NCBI GenBank assembly: GCA_963718895.1
Contig: CAVRAG010000006.1
Coordinates: 1-12,125 of the forward strand
Origin: an uncultured Nitrososphaerota archaeon
GTDB lineage: Archaea; Thermoproteota; Nitrososphaeria; Nitrososphaerales; Gagatemarchaeaceae
Length of the DNA: 12,125 bases
Reading direction: 5' to 3'
Shown here: piece by piece, positions 6,234 to 12,125 of the stretch
Layout of the letters: every line of letters begins with the position of its first letter
Position numbering within the stretch: position 1 is the stretch's first letter
Made by a program: the position numbers and the translations under genes
Notes under the pieces: generated by a model
Seen by the model: the letters and a program-made list of their open reading frames with translations, nothing else
What the model was told of the DNA's origin: nothing
Databases searched by the model: none

Positions 6234-7124
6234 TTGACTGACAGACTCGTCTTCGCGGGACCGGCCAGCGAAGACTTTGGCAAGGCCCTCGCCAAGAGGC
6301 TCAGTCTCCCTCTCCTGTCCGTGACCGTGAAGGAGTTTTCTGACACGGAGACCCGGTTCAAGATAGAGGAGGAGGTGCACGGGACGAGCATACTTCTGGT
6401 GCAGTCAACCTACCCTCCGGTCGATAGGAACTACATGCAGCTGTTCCTGACAGCGCACCACCTGAGTCAGGAGGGCGCGAAGGTCCACGCCGTGATACCG
6501 TATCTGGGATACGCCAGACAGGACAAGGCCTTCATGCCGGGCGAAATCGTCAGCCTGGGAGTGATCTCCCACCTTCTCCGTTCCTGCGGGGTGATGCGGG
6601 TGACCACGGTCGACATCCACTCCGCGGAGGGGCTCGCGCTCTTCGCGATGCCAACCTACAGCGTCTCGGCGATTCCAAGCCTGGCCCAGTACATCAAGAA
6701 GAACCTGAACCTCCCCAACCCCGTCGTGATATCCCCGGACTTCGGGTCCTCGAAGAGGACCGAAGCCTTCTCAACGCTCTACGGCGCGGAACACCTCCAG
6801 TTTGCGAAGGAGAGGGACAGGGTGACCGGGGACGTTAAGATAGACGCGGGCGAGATGAACGTGAAGGGAAGGGACGTCATCATAGTGGACGACATGATCT
6901 CGACCGGGGGGACGATACACGCCGCGGCAGAGAAGCTCAGGAAGGCCCAGGCGGCGAAGATAGTCGTGGCGTGCGTCCATCCGTTGCTGGTCGGAGACGC
7001 CTACGAGAGCCTCCTCAAGTCAGGGGTGGACGAGATAATAGGAACCAACACCGTCCCGAGCAGGGTCAGCAAAGTTGACGCGACCGAGCCGCTCGCCTCA
7101 TATCTCCGGACGGTCGCGGAGTAA
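6234..7124 (+). CDS. prs: Ribose-phosphate pyrophosphokinase (PRPP synthetase)
   Basis: FSDTE, LVQSTYPP, VIPYLGYARQDK, VDIHS, ISPDFG and the PRPP-binding loop IIVDDMISTGGT. Confidence 0.96.
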   Translation: MTDRLVFAGPASEDFGKALAKRLSLPLLSVTVKEFSDTETRFKIEEEVHGTSILLVQSTYPPVDRNYMQLFLTAHHLSQEGAKVHAVIPYLGYARQDKAFMPGEIVSLGVISHLLRSCGVMRVTTVDIHSAEGLALFAMPTYSVSAIPSLAQYIKKNLNLPNPVVISPDFGSSKRTEAFSTLYGAEHLQFAKERDRVTGDVKIDAGEMNVKGRDVIIVDDMISTGGTIHAAAEKLRKAQAAKIVVACVHPLLVGDAYESLLKSGVDEIIGTNTVPSRVSKVDATEPLASYLRTVAE

Positions 7125-8085
7125 GATACTCCTACTCCTCTCGGGAGAGAGCACCACAATCCCTTCCGCAGAGGCCTCGGCTCTCGTGTGGATGCAGGAC
7201 CAATCGGCCGAGATAGAATCCCCGGAGGGGAGGGTTCTCATCGCTTCTACGGACGCGGACCCCGATGTCATCGCGGGACGGATAGCGTTCACGAATCGTG
7301 TGGGCCAGGTCGCCCCGGACGGCCGCCTCGACCGGGACCAGTTGCGGTCGCTGAGGTCTGGGACCTACAGAGTGACCGTCTTCGAGCTCGGGGGAAGGAA
7401 GTCCGACTCCGGCAGGGTGGTCTCCACCCTCGCTGAGGAGATCGGCGGGAAAGTCGCCCTGGACAGCCCCGACCGAGAGGTCACGGTGGTCCGTGGTTCC
7501 CAAGATTACATCGCTGTGAGCAGGCCTTCGCTCATGAGGCAGGACTGGGTCATACGCCGGCCCAGGGCGCGGCCGTTCTTTCATCCCGCCGCGATGTTCC
7601 CAAAGCTCTCCCGGGCGCTGGTCAACCTCTCCAGGGTGGGAGCGGGCGAGGTCTTCCTGGACCCGTTCTGCGGCACGGGCAGCCTCCTCCTCGAAGCCCA
7701 CGAGCTCGGTGCGAGGCCGCTGGGAGCGGACCGCGACTGGAGGATGGTCAAGGGGGCGATGAGGAACATGGCCAGCTTCAAGCAAGACTGGCTGGGGGTG
7801 GTCAGGGCCGACATCAGGAGGGCGCCCCTGAAGGAGGTTGATGGAATTGCCACAGACGTCCCCTATGGGAGGGCCTCGAGCACGGCCGGGTCGAGCGCCG
7901 GAGAGATGGTGGAGAAGCTCCGGGAGACGGCGGCGGGGCTGCTCGCGCAAGGAAGGAGGCTCGTCGTGATGCATCCGCAGACGGTCACGGTTGCCAGCCG
8001 TGACGACTTCGAGGTTGAGGAGGAGCACCACCTCTACATTCATAGGAAGCTCACGCGCACCATAAGCGTGCTCAGGAGGGTCTGA
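7075..8085 (+). CDS. trm11: tRNA (guanine(10)-N2)-methyltransferase, Trm11/TrmG10 family (start uncertain)
   Basis: N-terminal LLLLSGE, RPFFHPAAMFPKLSRALVNL, SAM motif LDPFCGTGSLLLEA, motif IV variant TDVPYG, and C-terminal IHRKLTR. Confidence 0.88.
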   Translation: MTRPSRSPHISGRSRSKILLLLSGESTTIPSAEASALVWMQDQSAEIESPEGRVLIASTDADPDVIAGRIAFTNRVGQVAPDGRLDRDQLRSLRSGTYRVTVFELGGRKSDSGRVVSTLAEEIGGKVALDSPDREVTVVRGSQDYIAVSRPSLMRQDWVIRRPRARPFFHPAAMFPKLSRALVNLSRVGAGEVFLDPFCGTGSLLLEAHELGARPLGADRDWRMVKGAMRNMASFKQDWLGVVRADIRRAPLKEVDGIATDVPYGRASSTAGSSAGEMVEKLRETAAGLLAQGRRLVVMHPQTVTVASRDDFEVEEEHHLYIHRKLTRTISVLRRV

Positions 8086-8088
8086 CTA

Positions 8089-9006
8089 CTGACAAAGCTC
8101 GAGGTGGTCTTTCTGGGGACCAGCTCCGCCACGCCGACGAAGAACAGGAGCCTGCCCTCGGTTGCAATCAGGAGGGAAGGGCAGGTCATCCTCATGGACT
8201 GCGGCGAGGGGGCACAGGGAAGGTTCGTCAAGTTCCGCCTCGGGCTGAACAGGGAGATGCTCATACTGATCACCCACCTGCACGGAGACCACGTCAACGG
8301 CCTCATCGGGCTGCTTCAGACGATGGGGATGTCCCAGAGGCTACGGACCGTCACGGTCGTGGCGCCTCAGGAGCTCCTCGGATGGCTGGAGATAACGATG
8401 AAGGTCCTCCACATCGGACTGACCTTCGAGGTCGCCTTCGTCCCCGTCAGGTCGGGGGTAGTCTACAGGGGCAAGGACTTCCGGGTCAGGGCCGCGAGGG
8501 CGAACCATTCCATCGAGGCCTGGTCGTTCCTCTTCGAGGAGCTTCCCCGGCCCGGCGTCTTCAATCGGGCCAAGGCCGACTCCCTCGGAATCCCCGAGGG
8601 CAAGAAGTGGTCGAGCCTGCAGCGGGGGAGGACGGTCGTAGTCGGAGGAGTCAGGTTCCATCCGAGCCAGGTCCTCGGCCCAGCGAGGCCCGGAAGGTCG
8701 ATAGGATATTCGGGGGACACCAGGCCAACACGACGCCTCGTCAGGTTCTTCTCCGGAGCGGAGCTCTTGATCTTCGAGTCGACGTTCGCTGCGAAGGACG
8801 CGGACAAGGCCGTCGAGAGGAAGCACAGCACAGCCTCTGAGGCCGCCGAGCTCGCGAGGGACGCTGGCGCGAAGAGGCTCGTCCTGACGCACTTCAGCGC
8901 GAGATACAGGAGGGCCGACGCACTCCTGCGGGAGGCCCAGAAGATCTTCCCGGAGACGGTGGCCGCGAGCGACGGGCTGGTCGTCGAGGTCCCCGCCGTT
9001 CAGTAG
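8089..9006 (+). CDS. rnz: Ribonuclease Z (tRNA 3' endonuclease)
   Basis: FLGTS, P-NR loop, DCGEG, THLHGDH, RANHS, exosite arm, YSGDT, HST and LTHFSARY. CTG 8089 (MTKLEVVFLG) follows AGGAGG 8074-8079; GTG 8104 is the alternative start. Confidence 0.95.
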   Translation: MTKLEVVFLGTSSATPTKNRSLPSVAIRREGQVILMDCGEGAQGRFVKFRLGLNREMLILITHLHGDHVNGLIGLLQTMGMSQRLRTVTVVAPQELLGWLEITMKVLHIGLTFEVAFVPVRSGVVYRGKDFRVRAARANHSIEAWSFLFEELPRPGVFNRAKADSLGIPEGKKWSSLQRGRTVVVGGVRFHPSQVLGPARPGRSIGYSGDTRPTRRLVRFFSGAELLIFESTFAAKDADKAVERKHSTASEAAELARDAGAKRLVLTHFSARYRRADALLREAQKIFPETVAASDGLVVEVPAVQ

Positions 9007-9398
9007 ACGGTCAGCCAGTCGATCACTCGTTCAGGGTTGTCGCTCTCAATCTCCAGGACGAGAGGGCCCAGCGGCGACTCGGTGGCGCTGGTGCACAGCG
9101 CCACGACACCCGCCGTCGCAGCCTGTCTGTTGAGGAGGACCGTCACCCTTCGGCCGTCTCGCATCCGCAGGAGGAGCCTGTTCGCGGCAGCCCTCACGTG
9201 CCTGTCCCTCAGCTGGTCGTGGACCTTCCGGAGGCAGTTCAGGTCAGCCGAGCGGAGAGTGACCCCTGCCTCCCCCTCTTCGACGCTGTGTGCGCACTCC
9301 CCTAGGACGTTCTGCGCCGCCGCCAGGACCTTCGCGGGATCCTCGCTGGGTGAGACCGCCGCGTGGAGGACGATGACGACCGCCGGGCTATCTTCCAA
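9000..9398 (-). CDS. UPF0201 (DUF54) putative RNA-binding protein
   Basis: VSPSEDPAKV and LLNRQAATAGVV...ESPLGPLVLEI. Overlaps the upstream UPF0200 gene by 11 nt. Confidence 0.85.
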   Translation of the reverse strand: MEDSPAVVIVLHAAVSPSEDPAKVLAAAQNVLGECAHSVEEGEAGVTLRSADLNCLRKVHDQLRDRHVRAAANRLLLRMRDGRRVTVLLNRQAATAGVVALCTSATESPLGPLVLEIESDNPERVIDWLTVY

Positions 9399-9945
9399 GC
9401 GGCTTCATCCATCCGGCCGCGATACTGAGCGCCACGTCGGTCAGCTCGTCGGGAGTGATGTGCTCGTTCACGATCGCTTCGTCGGCCAGAGATATCGCGT
9501 TCCCTATCCCGATGGACAGCTCCCTCTCGTCCCTGGCTCTGAAGCTCTCGAGGTCCGGAGGGGCGTCGGTCCGCCCTCTGGCGGTGAGAAGCTCGAACCT
9601 CCTCTTCGGGGAGGCGAGGACGGCCAGCAGTTTCACCTCTCCTGCGTTCCTGAAGATCTCTATCTCCGCGACCGACCTTATCCCGTCTACCACGACCGCC
9701 GCCTCGCCTTCCTTCGACTGGATGCTGCGGAGGCAGAGCTCGGCGACCGCTCCGGCGCCGTAGGTGCCCCTCAGCTCCTTCATCACCATCCCCATGTTCT
9801 TGTCGTCGAGCGGGAGACCCCTCCGGCCGGTCTCTTCCCGAATCATGTCCCCCATCGCGATCCTCCTCAGCCCGATCCCGCCCAGCGCCTGCGCCACCGT
9901 GGACTTGCCAGCCCCTGGCATCCCTGTGATGGCTATGATCAACAT
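9388..9945 (-). CDS. UPF0200 P-loop nucleotide kinase-like protein (often annotated dephospho-CoA kinase)
   Basis: ITGMPGAGKST, MGDMIREE, VVDGIRS, and RDERELSIGIGNAISLAD. Confidence 0.9.
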   Translation of the reverse strand: MLIIAITGMPGAGKSTVAQALGGIGLRRIAMGDMIREETGRRGLPLDDKNMGMVMKELRGTYGAGAVAELCLRSIQSKEGEAAVVVDGIRSVAEIEIFRNAGEVKLLAVLASPKRRFELLTARGRTDAPPDLESFRARDERELSIGIGNAISLADEAIVNEHITPDELTDVALSIAAGWMKPLGR

Positions 9946-9977
9946 CTTGGTATGCCTCAGCGCCGTCGGAGGGGTGG

Positions 9978-10011
9978 TAATAAGCGTCTTTCAATGGATT
10001 CTGCTTAATAA
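9978..10011. promoter_or_regulatory. Back-to-back TATA boxes for UPF0200 (-) and thpR (+)
   Basis: Minus-strand GCTTATTA at 9985-9978. Plus-strand GCTTAATAA at 10003-10011 lies ~26-33 nt before GTG 10037. Confidence 0.55.
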
Positions 10012-10036
10012 CGCGCCGGGAGAGCAAGCAGCAGCG

Positions 10037-10599
10037 GTGAAGACGAACGCGCGCATTTCTCGCATTTGAGGTCTCGCAGGAAGTCGTCGAGAAGCTGCTG
10101 ATCGTCGAGGAGGAGCTCAAGAGGACACGCGGCAGATCTGAACGTCGTCGGAAGGGACAACCTCCACTTCACGGTGAAGTTCCTGGGAGAGGTCTCGGAG
10201 GACACAGTTAAGGAGGTAGACAGAAGGCTCAGCGGACTGAGGTTGTCCAGCTTCGACGTTCTCGTGAGAGGGATCGGTGCATTCCCTGACCCGAGGCGGC
10301 CGAGGGTCGTCTGGGCCGGTGTCGCCCGCGAAAACGAACAGGCAATCAACAGTGTCGCCTCGGCCTTCATCGCCGCCCTCGAAGGGGTCGGGAAACCGGA
10401 GGACCACGACTTTCACCCTCACATTACGCTGGCCAGAGTGAGGAGCCCTCTCAACAGCGGGGCTCTGACCTCGCTCCTCCAGTCGAACTCCCGTCGTGAC
10501 CTCGGGGGGACGAGGATAACCAGCCTGAAGCTAAAATCGAGCGTGCTCTCGTCTGCCGGTCCCACATACACCGATGTGAAGGAGTACGCTCTAGGGTGA
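10037..10599 (+). CDS. thpR: RNA 2',3'-cyclic phosphodiesterase (2H family, LigT/ThpR); two +1 frameshifts near 10046 and 10128-10131
   Basis: Reconstructed N-terminus MKTTRAFLAFEVSQEVVEKL...ADLNVVGRDNLHFTVKFLGE. Also GAFPDPRRPRVVWAGV, second HxT in FHPHITLAR, and KSSVLSSAGPTY. The ORF track shows only 10174..10599. Confidence 0.9.
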
Positions 10600-11928
10600 C
10601 AAAGCTCCAGAGCGTCCTCTTGAAAGCGGGGAGGAGGGTCATCCCGAGCCCTCAGGAAGAGGTCAGGCTCAATCGCGTGGCCAAGAAGGTCCTCAAGAAG
10701 GTGGAGGCCGCTTCGCTTCCCTTCGGGGAGATCAAGGATGTGATCCTGGGTGGTTCGTTCGCGAAGGGGACGTGGCTGTCTCCTCGCGGGGCGGTGAAGC
10801 CGACATCGACGTCTTCCTGAGATTCGCCGAAGATTCGGACGGCGAGAGATTCGAGGCGGTCGGACTCAAGGTAGGCAGGGAAGCGGCCCGCGGGTACCGA
10901 CACGGGAAGAAGTACGCCCAGCACCCGTACACGGAGGCGACCGTCGACGGAGTCAAGGTGAACATCGTGCCCTGCTACGACGTCAGGCCGGGAGAGTGGA
11001 GGAGCGCCGCGGACAGGTCTCCGTACCACGTCGAGTTCGTGAAGAGAAACCTGGACGAGGAGAGGAGGACGCAGGTCAGGCTCCTGAAGCTCTTCATGAA
11101 GACGGTCGGGGTCTACGGAGCCGAGATTGAGAACGAGGGCTTCAGCGGGTACGCGGCCGAGGTGCTCGTCCACAATCACGGCGGCTTCGAGGGGGTCCTC
11201 CGCTTCTTCGCTGACCTGAAACCAGCCGGAGAGACGCTCCTGAGCCTGAAGGACCCAATCGACATGGATCGAGAGCTCGCCAGGGCGATCTCCAGGGAGA
11301 CGGTGGCGAAGATGACCCTCGCCTCAAGAGCCTTCCTCGAGGGGCCGGACCTCGCATACTTCACGGGCATCAGGAGAAGCGTCAGGAGGGCCCTCGTCGG
11401 GAGGCTCTATGTGGTCCGCTTCGACCACAGGCCCCTCAGCGAGGACACGCTCTGGGGAGAGCTCAAGAGGAGCACGAAGCAGCTGGTGAGGTACGCCGAG
11501 GAACGTGGCTTCAGGATCATCGGGCCTCAGCCGCCTCAAACAACTCTGACAGGAGCGCCATAATACTGCTCCCGGGGACTGAACGCCTCTCAGATCTGGA
11601 GGAGCGTGTCGGGCCGGGCGTCGAGATGCCGGCGGAGGTCAAGAGGTTCATCTCGAAGAACAGGGCTAGGTCGGAGCTCGTCTGGGTCGGAGAGGACGGG
11701 AAGGTGCACCTGCTCCAGGAACGGAAGCAGACCGAGCTGGAGAGCCTGCTCGCCGGGCTCCGCTCGTCGGAGATTGACAGGGTGGGGGCCTCGCACGAGG
11801 TGGCCGCCGCCATCCGGAAGAGCGGTAGAGTCGTGACCGGTAGGGCTATCCTCCGCGAGATGGCGGAGGAGGGATGGCTGGACGAGGGAGTAAAGGAATT
11901 TGTCGCAGACAGCATCGGAACGGATTAG
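10596..11928 (+). CDS. cca: Archaeal class I CCA-adding enzyme; frameshifts near 10779-10791 and 11521
   Basis: GGSFAKGTWL...DIDVF, YAQHPY, NIVPCY, SAADRSPYH, GVYGAE, GFSGY, DPID and EDTLWGEL lie across ORFs 10596..10820, 10772..11563 and the frame of 11626..11928. GTGA overlap with thpR, SD AAGGAG at 10579-10584. Confidence 0.92.
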
Positions 11929-12125
11929 GCTGGACGAGTTCGCGAAACTGCTACCTCAACGTCCTCACCTATCCCAGCCTGGACCTGAAGGCGGCGCGGT
12001 CCAGGATAGGAATGCGCTCGGAGTGCTGGGAGTCTAGGAGGTCGTCTTCGAGGGAAGGACGAAGATAGGCAGGCTCGGTCTCGTCGGCATCGGCACCGTG
12101 AGCGTGGTCGTCAGAGGGATAATCG
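11900..12125 (+). CDS. N-terminus of archaeal Ser/Thr protein kinase-like protein (COG2112-type), truncated by the window end and disrupted
   Basis: TTG 11900 start. The pieces VLTYPS...ARSRI, LGV*EVVFEGRTKIGRLGL and the Gly-rich loop VGIGTVSVVVRG require shifts near 11945 and 12015 and read-through of TAG 12035-12037. Confidence 0.7.

Noticed and set aside
7132-10120. Long ORFs 7132..8043(-), 8341..8892(-), 9037..10008(+) and 9302..10120(-)
   Set aside because: Antisense or off-frame shadows of trm11, rnz and UPF0200/UPF0201 with no domain signatures.
4843-11525. Programmed ribosomal frameshifting in the CinA-like gene, thpR or cca
   Set aside because: No X-XXY-YYZ slippery heptamers at the shift sites, and the directions are mixed (+1 and -1).
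12035-12037. In-frame TAG in the kinase as pyrrolysine or recoded stop
   Set aside because: TAG is a normal stop for several genes here (e.g. PPOX, GPN GTPase, rnz, cca), no pyl genes are visible, and the codon lies in the most error-dense stretch, one base from GAG.
1-12125. CRISPR array, rRNA or tRNA genes
   Set aside because: By eye I saw no regularly spaced repeats, rRNA-length non-coding region or cloverleaf.

Overview
GC-rich archaeal DNA. Gene order, a PEF-CTERM-type sorting tail and leaderless TATA promoters suggest Nitrososphaerota/TACK; this lineage call is inference. Bases ~1-3500 look accessory: a Cys-rich secreted PEF-CTERM surface protein, a UPF0175/DUF3368(PIN) toxin-antitoxin pair, a 5'-truncated TFB remnant missed by the ORF track, a PPOX-class F420-type oxidoreductase and an orphan 3-TM protein. 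Bases ~3676-12125 look like core genes: GPN-loop GTPase, COG1058/CinA-like pyrophosphatase divergent from a Nudix hydrolase, Zn-ribbon protein, prs-trm11-rnz, UPF0200-UPF0201, and thpR-cca-Ser/Thr kinase. About nine frameshifts and one in-frame TAG interrupt otherwise intact genes, including cca, and most likely reflect sequencing or assembly error. I found no unambiguous novel system. The best leads are two structured intergenic elements sharing a TGATGACG(C/G)CG motif (3594-3658, 6104-6191), a possible ADP-ribose-to-PRPP salvage module beside the tRNA maturation genes, and the divergent TFB relic.
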